A DNA stretch of 64,000 bases from a virus (IMGVR_UViG_3300036781_000179:9285-73284); one strand, 5' to 3'. Counted from the stretch's first letter, positions 38,901 to 49,014 are shown. Made by a program: numbers and translations. Notes: generated by a model from the sequence alone, not told the origin.

Positions 38901-40797
38901 ACGGATTAAAGATGGAGAGGAAAGGATAAGACGTAAGGCTGTTACTAAAGAAGAATTGGCCGAAGACCGTAAAAAGATTGCAGCAGACTTTAGTGCAAAG
39001 CTAAAAGAAATGCGATCACAAGGCTTAAATGATGTATTTAAGGCATCAGCAGAGTTTTTACAGGCAGCAGCTCCATACGTGGCAAAAATGGTACGGAACT
39101 TGGCATTAGAGGGTGTAACAGAAATTAAAGATGTTGTAGCAAGGGTAAAAGAGGAATTGGATTTAAAAGACCTTACAGACCGTGAGGTGACAGATTTAAT
39201 CGGTGGCGTATATAATGAGAAGAAAGGAACTAAAAGCGAAATAGAGGCTCAAATACGTGACCTAAAGACTCAAGCCCGTTTAATAGGAGAAATAGAAGAT
39301 GCGGAAGCAGGATTGGCAAAACAGAAAACACCGAAACCTAAAATCAGTGAAAAAGTAAAAGTATTACGACAACGGTTAGATGAGTTACAAAAAGGCACAC
39401 CTCCAACTAAAGAAGAAACAAGTCTAAAAGTATCTAAAACAAATGCTCAAAAGAAAATAGCTGAGTTAGAACGTAGAATAAGAGAAAAGGATTTTTCAAA
39501 GGTTAATCCAACTGAGATTAAACCTGATGCTGAATTGATTGATTTAAGACGTAAGGCTGACAGGTTAATGGAAGATTACCAATTACAATTAGCAAAAGAT
39601 GAATTGGCTAATCGGACTAAAATTGAAAAGGCTAAGGATATATTATTAGACGTAGCATCATTGCCACGTGCATTAAAAGCATCGTTAGACTTTTCAGCAG
39701 TTTTAAGGCAAGGACTATTTGCTACAGCAGGGCATCCAAAAGAAGCGTTAACAGCTTTTAAAGAAATGTTCAGGCAGACAGTATCAGAGGAAAAGTATAA
39801 GAATTGGATTTCAGATTTAAAACATGAACCAATTTATGACCTGATGCAAAAGAGTGATTTGTACCTGTCTGATAAAAACAATGCTAAATTGTTAGCAAGA
39901 GAGGAAGAATTTACCTCTAATTTGGCTGATAAGATTCCGGGAATAGGTAAACTAATAGAAGCATCAGAAAGGGCTTACACAGGGTATTTAAACGTGTTAC
40001 GTGCAGGTGTGTTTACATCAGAAGCACAGAAATTAATTCAAAAAGGATATACCTTTGAAAATAACCCGGAACAGTTTAAAGCATTGGCTAAAGTGGTAAA
40101 CGTATTAACAGGACGTGGTGACATCCCTGAGTTTTTAGGAGGTAAACAGCCTAAAATATTAAGTTCAGCATTGTTTTCACCACGTTTCATGGCCGCAAGG
40201 ATACAAACCTTGTATTTATGGGCTGATCCAAGATTGCCAAAAGAAGCAAAGATATTAGCAGCAAAAGATATAGGAACAACATTGGCATCAGGGGCATTAA
40301 TACTATCATTAGCTGCATTAGCAGGGTACAAGGTACAAACAGACCCACGAAGCGTTAACTTCCTTAAAATACAGGATAAACAAGAACATGGGAGTACATT
40401 CTATGATATATTGGGAGGTCTGCCACAATATGTAAGGTTTTTGGCGCAACAAGGATTAGGAGAGAAAATACCATCAAATGGTAATGGAGTAATAACTTTT
40501 GGCAGTAAAAAAGCAAGAGGAACAACAAGGTTATCAGAGGCATCAAGGTTCTTACGTGGTAAACTATCTCCTTTAACGGGGGGTGCATTGAATTTAATGG
40601 AGGGTAAGGATGTATTAGGACAGCCATATCATTTGTGGCCTAATGTGCCATTGGAATTTGTACCACTGCCTTATACTGATGTTAATGAGGCGTATAAGAT
40701 TGGAGGCATTGACGCAGCAATTAAAGCATTTATTCCGTCACAATTTGGGGTTGGGGTTAGTTCATACAATCCTAATGCTAAACATCCGAAAAAATAA
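35989..40797 (+). CDS. large internal virion/ejection protein
   Basis: 1602 aa, Cys-free; N-terminal 'KAKYPQYKDVDD'; long coiled coils. Confidence 0.7.
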   Translation: MAEEVIDQDTPLLSPQAFAAKIKAKYPQYKDVDDETLTAKIISKYPTYASQINTGGLKKNASPQGVDNTSQPLNTGGQSDPFSLTSGNNTPVSYAPITDPELRQQQRNHDIELRNQQEQRRQEISNSLKKIRSELPKDAQANWDEAVNLSATRPVDNLREPTQEELAHDKFMQTPLGKTLGTVAYLGSKATKGTLQVAKGTAWLMNKAGLSGAPTQALGDVMSDLAFDKADEASNYGLTKNDQSRFDENKITSNLGGVAEFLPAMAAGGPTFYLQGMGMGKETADQAEKNGAKINPHVKDAFILGTGIANGFLMKALGEGVFSKLPAGLRGDIASKISMDAIKEAGNKELTGEQFQNLINNGVKDWGQKVQQTGLNALKGYNKAVVDLSALSGANFALKKGVDVANDKPVFNESLGDLAENVSNVATEQAPFFAGLGQIGNLGKLTKYSDYKNSATESLMNDPSPENVDRVKQALHDHGFDQNKQDQWTPEEMDATFKQVDNIADVAKKLPRGIPEKKIGDAVDLVQGRDELKKQLADEQGNRQQLDESVNEMPTQHEQLLIDKIDQANDKLRDIVSGKKTTYSIEKGEDGKEDKYFKKVDGKVEPIEKSRYELENLERESKIQPNEQPIESAPTENNIPETPQTNEAGVPEAIGEKPVETTENNIKPIENENNEKSNGQGQESLTEISPESSREENNGVQEGNVSNSGVEQSAPDITNIKENEIRPADVAEQTTGTTEPTKGAGTEVEKAKDESVNTDKTVSKKPRTAEAIKNENTKAKAEEAGIELEDHVGETRSKEVIDKEATKEIKNGYDSHELVRKILEDKHQASDTEVAILAKHTATVKRNYQDLTKKLETDGATMSKREFDDLTAEHEQATKDYQDALNADVKTGTGTARALSARRFAVKNNFSLGQMIKNKRAANNGEKLSTEQVKEVTQRFNEIQEANEKLQARIDKLESENTRIKAEKAIKRIKDGEERIRRKAVTKEELAEDRKKIAADFSAKLKEMRSQGLNDVFKASAEFLQAAAPYVAKMVRNLALEGVTEIKDVVARVKEELDLKDLTDREVTDLIGGVYNEKKGTKSEIEAQIRDLKTQARLIGEIEDAEAGLAKQKTPKPKISEKVKVLRQRLDELQKGTPPTKEETSLKVSKTNAQKKIAELERRIREKDFSKVNPTEIKPDAELIDLRRKADRLMEDYQLQLAKDELANRTKIEKAKDILLDVASLPRALKASLDFSAVLRQGLFATAGHPKEALTAFKEMFRQTVSEEKYKNWISDLKHEPIYDLMQKSDLYLSDKNNAKLLAREEEFTSNLADKIPGIGKLIEASERAYTGYLNVLRAGVFTSEAQKLIQKGYTFENNPEQFKALAKVVNVLTGRGDIPEFLGGKQPKILSSALFSPRFMAARIQTLYLWADPRLPKEAKILAAKDIGTTLASGALILSLAALAGYKVQTDPRSVNFLKIQDKQEHGSTFYDILGGLPQYVRFLAQQGLGEKIPSNGNGVITFGSKKARGTTRLSEASRFLRGKLSPLTGGALNLMEGKDVLGQPYHLWPNVPLEFVPLPYTDVNEAYKIGGIDAAIKAFIPSQFGVGVSSYNPNAKHPKK

Positions 40798-40828
40798 TTA
40801 TATTTGATTAATTTAAACAACATAAGAA

Positions 40829-41098
40829 ATGGCTATAATAGTGAGTTCAAGCGTACCGGGTAGCTTAAAGATTAACAACAGCAGTGCAAGCCCTTTAAGC
40901 ATGTATCTGTGTAATCTAAAAACAGTCACTGTAAATGGTGATTTTAGTTCAGGCATGGTTAATATACTAAACCAAAATGGACAGCCATTGATACAATTAC
41001 CATTAAATAAACTATCTAACGTTGGCGCATCAGGGGCGGGTAGTTTTACAATGCAGAACGCAGTTGATGCCATTAGTTCACTTATCATAACCGCTTAA
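40829..41098 (+). CDS. putative structural protein
   Basis: Preceded by TATATTTG at 40799. Confidence 0.55.
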   Translation: MAIIVSSSVPGSLKINNSSASPLSMYLCNLKTVTVNGDFSSGMVNILNQNGQPLIQLPLNKLSNVGASGAGSFTMQNAVDAISSLIITA

Positions 41099-41100
41099 TC

Positions 41101-41562
41101 ATGGCAACCTATACCGGAGTAGTTACACAATCAGCAAATGGTCAGGTGTTAACCTATACAGATACTTCATCTAATGTAGGTACAGTTACATCCCGTATAT
41201 TAAACATTTATGATAGTAATGAAGTGTTGGTTGATACGATTAACATGGGTGCAAGCCTTACAGCAACGTATAACATCACAACAGACGTGTATTTATCGTT
41301 TATAGAAACATTGGTTGATGATGGTGTAAACCATGAAATAACAGTAAACTACTTATCAACAATATTCTATGAAATAACATTTGCTCCATTAATAGCAGCA
41401 CAGAATTGTGATACTGATGTATTTGGGTTAATTTATAATTTAACAAGAGCATCGTTATTCAAAGAAAGTGCAGAAATATATGCTGAATTTGGAGTAGGTC
41501 AAAATGCTCAAGCAAACATTACTCAAGCTAACTTTTATTTAGTGACACCTTATTACGCTTAA
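41101..41562 (+). CDS. putative structural protein
   Basis: Thr-rich, beta-rich composition. Confidence 0.55.
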   Translation: MATYTGVVTQSANGQVLTYTDTSSNVGTVTSRILNIYDSNEVLVDTINMGASLTATYNITTDVYLSFIETLVDDGVNHEITVNYLSTIFYEITFAPLIAAQNCDTDVFGLIYNLTRASLFKESAEIYAEFGVGQNAQANITQANFYLVTPYYA

Positions 41563-41566
41563 TCAG

Positions 41567-42418
41567 ATGCCTACACCACAACAGGTTCAAACCACGATAC
41601 AAAGTGCAAAGTACAAGTTAGCTACGTGGACACAAAAGAACTTGAACCTGATTTTAAACGGAGGCGTAGCCATTAATGAGCAACTGATTAATTATTTCAG
41701 GCTTAATTTACATGGTTTACAATACCAACAAAAGAGAGCCGATTACACCTCTAACACAACCATAATTATTTACAACAGGTTATTAGGGTTAATAGGTATA
41801 GATACCAATGTGTATTCACGTGACCCTGATTATCAAAATCCAACCAATCCTGTTGTGAATACTGTTACTGTAGTAGGATTCAACGATCAAAAATATGAAT
41901 TTGATACCACAGTAACCCCTGATAACCCACAATGGATATTAGCTAATTACCATGCCAATTATTACCCTTTATTTGGTAATAACCCTGATTTAGCTATTTA
42001 TATAGAGGAAGGGGACTTTGTAGGAGATGAGCAAACACCGCCTATCATAGAATATGCAGTTGATGGCAATGTAAATAGCGATATATTAAGTATCACTTAT
42101 GATTTTCCTCCGGGTGTAGGAGCTAAAGGTTACGTAAGGATAGCAGGTAAAGCACCATCATCAGGGAATTCAGGATCATCAACTCCGGGAGGTGGAAATG
42201 CAAGCACATTAACATTTAACCAAAGCAATTTATTGGAAGATGGAACAGGTTCAGGAAACTGGTATTTACCATTGGTAATAGGTGTTAACCAGAACCCTAT
42301 ATTTACTACATCAAACGGAGTGTCATTAAGTGCTACTTATGATAAAACCTTCTCTCCTAACAGATTGTACGGCTTCGCTAACAACGATACACAGGTAATA
42401 AAAGTAACCATTATATAA
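41567..42418 (+). CDS. putative tail fibre docking/structural protein
   Basis: Position; Gly/Ser linker before C-terminal domain. Confidence 0.5.
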   Translation: MPTPQQVQTTIQSAKYKLATWTQKNLNLILNGGVAINEQLINYFRLNLHGLQYQQKRADYTSNTTIIIYNRLLGLIGIDTNVYSRDPDYQNPTNPVVNTVTVVGFNDQKYEFDTTVTPDNPQWILANYHANYYPLFGNNPDLAIYIEEGDFVGDEQTPPIIEYAVDGNVNSDILSITYDFPPGVGAKGYVRIAGKAPSSGNSGSSTPGGGNASTLTFNQSNLLEDGTGSGNWYLPLVIGVNQNPIFTTSNGVSLSATYDKTFSPNRLYGFANNDTQVIKVTII

Positions 42419-43585
42419 ATGAAAAAACTATTTACAATATTATTGTTATTCATTAGTGTAACAAGTTATGCTCAATGGAGTAATGTAGGTACAGCGACTC
42501 TCCAAAGACAACCAACAGCAAAGGGTTATTTTTACAGGGATAACATGGGGGCAAAGGGATTTGTAAATTGGTATAATGTTCCACAATTAGATAGTTTATT
42601 AAATATTAGGGCTATAAAAGATAGCACATTTAATATCAATAAAAATTTCTTTGATATACAAAATGCTTCCACAGCCCGTAACAACCTTGGTATCACAATC
42701 CTATTAGCAGGCAAAGTAGATACAGCAACATTAGCCAATTACGCTTTAGATAATACCGTATTACACAAGGTGAATAACCTTTCAGACGTGCCTAATAAAC
42801 CATTAGCAAAAGTTAATTTAGGCATATTTGAGTATTTAGGAGAATGGAATAGTGGTCAGGCGGCAGCAAGTTATTATAACCGTGTAGGTTGTTTAGTTTC
42901 TTACAATGGAGTACTTTACAGGATAGTATCCAATCCCGGAACAATAGCACCCCGAAATTGGGACCCATCACATTATGCAGTGGCAGATAACCCTATTGGT
43001 TTAAACATCTTAAAAAGTTTTGTATTAGCAGGTAATGATAGATACGACTTTTTAACCATGAGCAACCTGAGTACCCAACAGCTAACATTCCGGTTTAATA
43101 TATTGGTGAGTGATGCATTATCAGTGGATTCAACAACCGCAGTGGAAGTACAGGGATATGACTTTAATTTACAAAAAGTGTTTTTAATAACGCCTAATAC
43201 ATGGTTTCAATTAAATCCTACGAGGTATAGCACGTTTAATAACACCTATGGAGATACTACGTCTGTAAAAAACAGGGTGATATTTATAGACTTTCAATTT
43301 GTGCCAACTGATCCATTAGACCCAACAAAAGCAGGAACATTTAAATTCAGATATCGTGTAAACAACAGTTTAGGGTTGACCGGGAGTATTGCTATCAGGA
43401 ATTACGCTGTAAGCAATAGCGACTTGTTACCTATAGCTAACCAATACACGGGTGTAGATACCCCTGCTTTATACATGAACCAAGTTATCCAATTAGATAA
43501 AGGGTTGGTAATAGCATCCCCTAATGGGACACAATATAAAATTACGGTATCCAACGGAGGTACATTAACCGTGACAGCATTATGA
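42419..43585 (+). CDS. tail fibre-like protein with N-terminal signal peptide
   Basis: MKKLFTILLLFISVTSYA-Q; 'NNLSDVPNKPLAKVNLG'; 'SPNGTQYKITVSNGGTL'. Confidence 0.65.
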   Translation: MKKLFTILLLFISVTSYAQWSNVGTATLQRQPTAKGYFYRDNMGAKGFVNWYNVPQLDSLLNIRAIKDSTFNINKNFFDIQNASTARNNLGITILLAGKVDTATLANYALDNTVLHKVNNLSDVPNKPLAKVNLGIFEYLGEWNSGQAAASYYNRVGCLVSYNGVLYRIVSNPGTIAPRNWDPSHYAVADNPIGLNILKSFVLAGNDRYDFLTMSNLSTQQLTFRFNILVSDALSVDSTTAVEVQGYDFNLQKVFLITPNTWFQLNPTRYSTFNNTYGDTTSVKNRVIFIDFQFVPTDPLDPTKAGTFKFRYRVNNSLGLTGSIAIRNYAVSNSDLLPIANQYTGVDTPALYMNQVIQLDKGLVIASPNGTQYKITVSNGGTLTVTAL

Positions 43586-46500
43586 AAAAACTACTCTTAA
43601 TACTTTGTTTATTTACCTGTTTTAAAGCGTTTGGACAGACTCCAACACAACCAACACCTGTTAACCAAATGACGTGGTATAAAGACCTTGGAGGACACAT
43701 GTGGGCTTACAGGGGGGCTACGTTAGGATGGATACAAATGGCAGATGCTTCACAGTTAAGTAATATAACATTTCTTCCAAAAGCCAATAGTGGCCTTCAC
43801 ATAACTGGAGATAGCACTATCAGGTGGGGTGGTGAACTTTTAGAGGATATTGATATAATTGGTAACAATCATTATATACAACAAAATAATAGCTTTTCGT
43901 CTGATGAGATAAATTCATTTTCAAGAACTCTTTTATTAAATAATGAAATAGGAGCGCCAAGTATTGGAACTTTTATAAGCTCCAATTACAATGATGGCAT
44001 AGGAAATATATCTACGACAGGAAGCCTTAACACATGGAATTTCGGATCACAATTATTGGCTGCGTATTCATCATCTACACCTAATATAAATAGCAGACAA
44101 TCTGTTACTGTAGGTAAGATAGGAGGCGAGATGCCGGTATTATCGGGTAGTAAAATAGAAATATTTGATGGACTTAATTTAAAAGGGGCGCAATACGCTG
44201 CTGATTACTCTACGGTAGGTAAATTAGATGACCGTTGGATACCCGATTGGGGAGCAGTTAAATCAAGGGTTGATAGTTCAGGAAGTAACTATGTAAACTT
44301 AACCACCAATCAAACAGGTATAGGTGGTAATAAAACATGGACCGGAGATCATACTTGGCACATTACCGGGAATAATTCAACAATGCAAGTTAATCAGGAT
44401 GGTTGGAATATAACTTCTACCGGCAGTCCTAATTTTTATGGTGCAAATATATCTGATGGGATATATGCGATAACCACTGATAAAGGAGCAAACCTGTTCC
44501 CTTATGATTTATCCTTTAATAGAGATAGTTTTACGGTCCATTTAACAGGACCGGCTTCTATTTCAACAAGCAGCAAGGTTCAAACCTTACAAGATAAGGC
44601 AGGCACAATAGCCTTATTAAGTGATGTTGTAGGGGTAGACAGCACAACAATAGCTAATACCTATGCTACAAAAATACACGTTGATAGCGTTTCAGCAGCC
44701 ACAACCCAAAATCAGATATTGCTTTATGATAAATCATTTTATACCTCATTAACAGATTTTGTAAAGGCAGGTACATTCACTCCATCATTAACCACTGATT
44801 TTGGAATTTTAATGACAGGGGGCGTAAGTGGAACGGATACTACGAATTATATCCGGTTAAAAGGATTCACTAATAATGATGATCTATTAAATCTTGAAGT
44901 AACTTTTATTGTAAATGATTTAACAGGATTTGGTATTGGCGTAGGTAGAAAACATACAAGCCCATCATCTGATTATAGTTGCTTTGGAAGCTATGACTTA
45001 GTTAATAACACTGTTTTTGTAAAGAGTTTTGGTGTAAGTAGAAGCGCACCTTCAGGCATTACTGTTGCGGTAAATGATATATGCAAGATAATATTCAGGA
45101 TACGGGGTAACATGCTGATAACTGACTTTTATGACTTAACCCAAAATAAATATGCTACAGTGTCCGGAGTTAATAATTTGCTCAATACCGGTAATATTGT
45201 TATTACAGAACATGGAGGGTCAGTAACTATAAAGGGCTTTAAAGCATATAGTTCATCTCCACGAAGCCCTGATTTAGCCATTTTAAGTGATAGTAAGTTA
45301 CGTAACCCAATAAACGGGTTGGCATTTGGCAACTGGGATAACACATTTGGCATTACAGCGACTTTTGCAGGACAGGGCGACCAAGTTACACAGTTGCTTC
45401 AAGGGTTGCCATATGTGCTTAAATATATCAAACCAAAACAGGTTATTGTAAATATAGGCCGTAACAACTTACAGCCAGGAGGTGTGATGCCAGACAGTGT
45501 TAAAACACAATATGCCACGCTGGTTCATAAATTAGATAGCGCGGGTATTAATGCAGGATATTTCAGGGCTATACCCGAAACAGTTAATCCGGATCAAACC
45601 GGATTGAATCATTTAGTAGATAGTTTAGTGCCATCAAGAACTATCGACGTATCACCTTATTGGACTAATGCCATTGATTTGGCAGGGGATGGCATACATC
45701 CTAATGAAGCAGGAGCGAGGTTATTAACTTGGGTATCGCAAAGAACAGGTTATTTTGATACTACAAAAGTTTACTCACAGCCACAAGCATTAACCGAACA
45801 GAACTATGCGAAATATAATCAGAATAATAATTTCAACATTAATCAGGTTGTAAATGGTTTGGTATTAGGCACGGCCAATTCGTCATATACCGGAATTGAA
45901 TCATCTGTAATTACTGTACCATTGGCTGTCGGTGGAGCATTTCCTTATACAAATTCCAATAACTTAGTTTTATCATCATCGGGGGCAGCAGGAAAGCAAA
46001 TTGTTTTTAAGACTAACAATACGGTCAGGGCATACATTGATGGATCGGGTAACATGACGGTAGGTAAAACAGATGGAACAGTAGCGGTAACAGGGGCTAA
46101 ATTTAGTGTATCAGGAAACTTCGGAACCACGGGAGCTAATACATTAGGGGGGCTAAGTTCAACAGGGGGTATAGTATATACATCATCAGCGGCAGGGTTA
46201 TTGGCACAGGTTGCAGCAGTGGCAACAGGGAACGTTTTATTATCAGGAGGTCTAAGTACCGCACCTGCATATGGTAAAGTCAGTTCAGCTCATATTGATG
46301 CCTCTGTGGCTCCTACAGCAAGTCCTACATTCACAGGAACACCAACACTGCCAACCGGTACAATAGGGGTAACACAAACAGCAGGTAATAGTACTACAGC
46401 AGTAGCCACTACAGCCTTTGTAACAACCGCAGATAACTTAAAGGCCAATATAGCCTCTCCAACATTTACAGGTGTTCCTGCCGCTCCTACACCTGCTTCA

Positions 46501-47106
46501 AACGTAAATACAACACAGATACCCACAACAGCATGGGTAAATACGTATTACGGAGCATTAGCAGGAACACAAAACTGGTCAGGAACTAATACTTTTGGAT
46601 TAGAGGTAACGGGGCTTAGTGGTTTTATCACAAGGAGCAATAACCCGGTACAATTTTATGGTACGGGGAATACGTTTTTTGGCAATTTATTTCCAAATAC
46701 TTTAACAGGGAATCAAAACTGGAATTTACCTAATAATTCAGGTACGCTCGCTTTGACAAGTGATGTTAATTCTCCTATAGTGGGAACGCCAACAATATCA
46801 GCAGGGGCAGGCGCCGGAACATCACCTACAGTTAGCGTTACAAGCAACGGAAAGGGATTACAAGTAACTGTAACGACAGGAACTATACCTACAGGAACAA
46901 ATGCAACTGTAGCTACCATTACACTTCCAAATACCCTACCATATACGCCGTATCCTGTATTTTCGCCAGCCGGAGCAAATTCTGCTCTTTTGAATGGAGC
47001 AAGTATGATATACATGACAAGTTCAAGTGGCACAAATATTACAATCACATCAGGCACAACCGCTCTGGTAGCAGCCACTACTTATACATGGAACATTTCT
47101 TTGTAA
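43582..47106 (+). CDS. tail fibre/spike protein with SGNH-hydrolase-like domain and signal peptide
   Basis: 'ILSDS', 'NIGRNN', 'DGIHPNEAG'; fibre repeats 'SPTFTGTPTLPT...ATTAFV'. Confidence 0.75.
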   Translation: MKKLLLILCLFTCFKAFGQTPTQPTPVNQMTWYKDLGGHMWAYRGATLGWIQMADASQLSNITFLPKANSGLHITGDSTIRWGGELLEDIDIIGNNHYIQQNNSFSSDEINSFSRTLLLNNEIGAPSIGTFISSNYNDGIGNISTTGSLNTWNFGSQLLAAYSSSTPNINSRQSVTVGKIGGEMPVLSGSKIEIFDGLNLKGAQYAADYSTVGKLDDRWIPDWGAVKSRVDSSGSNYVNLTTNQTGIGGNKTWTGDHTWHITGNNSTMQVNQDGWNITSTGSPNFYGANISDGIYAITTDKGANLFPYDLSFNRDSFTVHLTGPASISTSSKVQTLQDKAGTIALLSDVVGVDSTTIANTYATKIHVDSVSAATTQNQILLYDKSFYTSLTDFVKAGTFTPSLTTDFGILMTGGVSGTDTTNYIRLKGFTNNDDLLNLEVTFIVNDLTGFGIGVGRKHTSPSSDYSCFGSYDLVNNTVFVKSFGVSRSAPSGITVAVNDICKIIFRIRGNMLITDFYDLTQNKYATVSGVNNLLNTGNIVITEHGGSVTIKGFKAYSSSPRSPDLAILSDSKLRNPINGLAFGNWDNTFGITATFAGQGDQVTQLLQGLPYVLKYIKPKQVIVNIGRNNLQPGGVMPDSVKTQYATLVHKLDSAGINAGYFRAIPETVNPDQTGLNHLVDSLVPSRTIDVSPYWTNAIDLAGDGIHPNEAGARLLTWVSQRTGYFDTTKVYSQPQALTEQNYAKYNQNNNFNINQVVNGLVLGTANSSYTGIESSVITVPLAVGGAFPYTNSNNLVLSSSGAAGKQIVFKTNNTVRAYIDGSGNMTVGKTDGTVAVTGAKFSVSGNFGTTGANTLGGLSSTGGIVYTSSAAGLLAQVAAVATGNVLLSGGLSTAPAYGKVSSAHIDASVAPTASPTFTGTPTLPTGTIGVTQTAGNSTTAVATTAFVTTADNLKANIASPTFTGVPAAPTPASNVNTTQIPTTAWVNTYYGALAGTQNWSGTNTFGLEVTGLSGFITRSNNPVQFYGTGNTFFGNLFPNTLTGNQNWNLPNNSGTLALTSDVNSPIVGTPTISAGAGAGTSPTVSVTSNGKGLQVTVTTGTIPTGTNATVATITLPNTLPYTPYPVFSPAGANSALLNGASMIYMTSSSGTNITITSGTTALVAATTYTWNISL

Positions 47107-47126
47107 CAATTTAAACTATATATAAC

Positions 47127-47285
47127 ATGGTAAAGCAGCCCAAAAAGAAACAAGAGAAAAAATGTCACCCTGTAGAATCAGGAACAGACGGTGGTGTAGT
47201 GGTTAATACTGACCCGACACCGATAAACAAATGTCCTCGTGGATATTATTGGAACGGAACGAGATGTGTTGCAGACCTTGGATAA
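47127..47285 (+). CDS. 52-aa Cys-containing peptide (not in ORF track)
   Basis: Manual translation ends CPRGYYWNGTRCVADLG; stop 1 nt before ATG 47287. Confidence 0.65.
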   Translation: MVKQPKKKQEKKCHPVESGTDGGVVVNTDPTPINKCPRGYYWNGTRCVADLG

Positions 47286-47286
47286 A

Positions 47287-47661
47287 ATGAGAGCAGTAAT
47301 TTGTGCTATAGCCTTGATACTTTTTTGTGCATCAATGAATACCTACATATACAGGATTGACCATAATTGCTTGCCTATAAAAGAAATGAGGCTATGGTAC
47401 AATTATACATTAGGAGGATTTATCTTATTTTATATAATAGACGAACTATTTGGGTATAAGAATTACATACATGAAAATCTAAACTTAATATGTAAATTTA
47501 CGTCAGTTATAAACATTATATTAGTAATAATAAATCATCAAGATATTATGACGAACCCTTTAGAGAAGTTTTTATTATTCAATGGTGCAATTCTTGCGGT
47601 TACCATAATGATATTAATTTCAGGAGGGCGGCATGGTTATTTCCAAAACAATAATGACTAA
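47287..47661 (+). CDS. multi-pass membrane protein
   Basis: About four hydrophobic segments; ATG 47287 preferred over GTG 47239. Confidence 0.65.
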   Translation: MRAVICAIALILFCASMNTYIYRIDHNCLPIKEMRLWYNYTLGGFILFYIIDELFGYKNYIHENLNLICKFTSVINIILVIINHQDIMTNPLEKFLLFNGAILAVTIMILISGGRHGYFQNNND

Positions 47662-47944
47662 TAAACAAGGCGACTGGTATATTCAGATTTTAGAATGGTG
47701 TGTAGACCACGCCTTAGTTTGGACGACCTTTTTATTAGGGTTTACCGCGATAGATAAAACGTTTAAAGAAATTAGAAAACGTAGAGAAGCATCTGAAAAA
47801 TTAGAACTTGAAAGACATGATTTAAGGATGAGGCAAATCGTCCAAGAGGAAATAACTAAAGGTGTTTTAATGAGGCTTGATAAAATAGCTGAAAAGGTTG
47901 ATGATCTAAATGATGCTTTTATCAGGCATAACATCAAAAAATAA
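47633..47944 (+). CDS. putative holin/antiholin-like membrane protein
   Basis: One hydrophobic segment plus coiled coil, upstream of endolysin. Confidence 0.5.
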   Translation: MVISKTIMTNKQGDWYIQILEWCVDHALVWTTFLLGFTAIDKTFKEIRKRREASEKLELERHDLRMRQIVQEEITKGVLMRLDKIAEKVDDLNDAFIRHNIKK

Positions 47945-47947
47945 CCT

Positions 47948-48037
47948 ATGACTGAATTAGCACAGTACGGCATATTAGGAATAATCATAGGAGGACTGTT
48001 ATTATTATGGTCACTCCTATTAGCGGTTAAAGGATGA
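47948..48037 (+). CDS. 29-aa single-TM peptide (not in ORF track)
   Basis: MTELAQYGILGIIIGGLLLLWSLLLAVKG; ATGA overlap with endolysin. Confidence 0.55.
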   Translation: MTELAQYGILGIIIGGLLLLWSLLLAVKG

Positions 48038-48561
48038 ATGAGACTAATTTATTTAATGCATTACGAGGCATCACAAGTGATAAACGATTGTCACAAGTAC
48101 AAGTAGATAGCGTGAATGCTATTTTAGAGGCTTGTGTTAAATACCACGTTACAGAACAACGTCAAATAGCTTACATATTGGCAACGGCATTTCATGAAAG
48201 CAGATTAAAGCCAATTGAAGAAATAGGCCATGGTGCAGGCCATCCATACGGCAAGTTTATCAACGGGCATGTTTATTACGGTCGAGGCTTTGTCCAATTG
48301 ACATGGAAGGATAATTATGCAACATTTAGTAAAAGATTAAACATAGACCTTGTAAATAGGCCAGAACTGGCTTTAAACATTGAGTATGCCGCAGATATTT
48401 TGGTATTAGGTATGAGGGATGCTATGTTTACAGGAGTAGGATTATCTAAGTATCTATCAGAAACTAAAAATGATCCGTTAAATGCGAGGCGAATAGTAAA
48501 CGGGATTGACTGTGCAGCCTTAATAAGAGGATATTATCAACATATTTTAAGTTCATTATAA
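48034..48561 (+). CDS. endolysin, glycoside hydrolase family 19
   Basis: 'AYILATAFHES', 'YYGRGFVQLTWKDNY', 'ARRIVNG'. Confidence 0.9.
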   Translation: MNETNLFNALRGITSDKRLSQVQVDSVNAILEACVKYHVTEQRQIAYILATAFHESRLKPIEEIGHGAGHPYGKFINGHVYYGRGFVQLTWKDNYATFSKRLNIDLVNRPELALNIEYAADILVLGMRDAMFTGVGLSKYLSETKNDPLNARRIVNGIDCAALIRGYYQHILSSL

Positions 48562-48824
48562 TGGAAGATCACAAAGAGATTATTAAACTTTATTTTGCAT
48601 CAGGCGTGTGTTTATGCGGATTAATACTGTTATCACTTTTGGTATGGTTACCTGTACCTCACGAGAATCAGCCTATGGCAAATTTAGCAATGGGTGCTGT
48701 TATAACATCAATCATTGGTGTACCTATTGCATTTGTGTTAGGAGGTAATCCAACAAAAAAACCGGGAGAGAACCCAACTGTTAACAATGCAGACACAGTT
48801 AATGTGAACCAAAAACCTGAATGA
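48561..48824 (+). CDS. putative holin (2 TM)
   Basis: Two TM helices directly after endolysin. Confidence 0.6.
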   Translation: MEDHKEIIKLYFASGVCLCGLILLSLLVWLPVPHENQPMANLAMGAVITSIIGVPIAFVLGGNPTKKPGENPTVNNADTVNVNQKPE

Positions 48825-49003
48825 TTGCTTTAGCCTTTATCATAGGTCTTATCATGGGACACGTTACTAAAGCCCATTTATACAGGTTTGTAGTGGATAA
48901 GTTCATTGAGCAAAGGAAACGCAGGGAACAGGAATTTGAGTGCCTTATAGGGGCTAAAAACGAGGTTATAAAGGAATTAGAAAAAAATAAAATTGCAGAT
49001 TAA
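48821..49003 (+). CDS. small membrane-anchored protein
   Basis: N-terminal TM; ATGA overlap. Confidence 0.5.
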   Translation: MIALAFIIGLIMGHVTKAHLYRFVVDKFIEQRKRREQEFECLIGAKNEVIKELEKNKIAD

Positions 49004-49014
49004 AATAATTTACG

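Noticed and set aside
35989-40797. crAss-type virion RNA polymerase
   Set aside because: No catalytic DxDxD context is recognisable and the protein is largely coiled coil; treated as an ejection protein
17654-47078. Many minus-strand ORFs within structural genes
   Set aside because: Antisense shadows of long plus-strand genes with no recognisable motifs
42419-47106. Diversity-generating retroelement targeting the fibre genes
   Set aside because: No reverse transcriptase and no template/variable repeat pair seen
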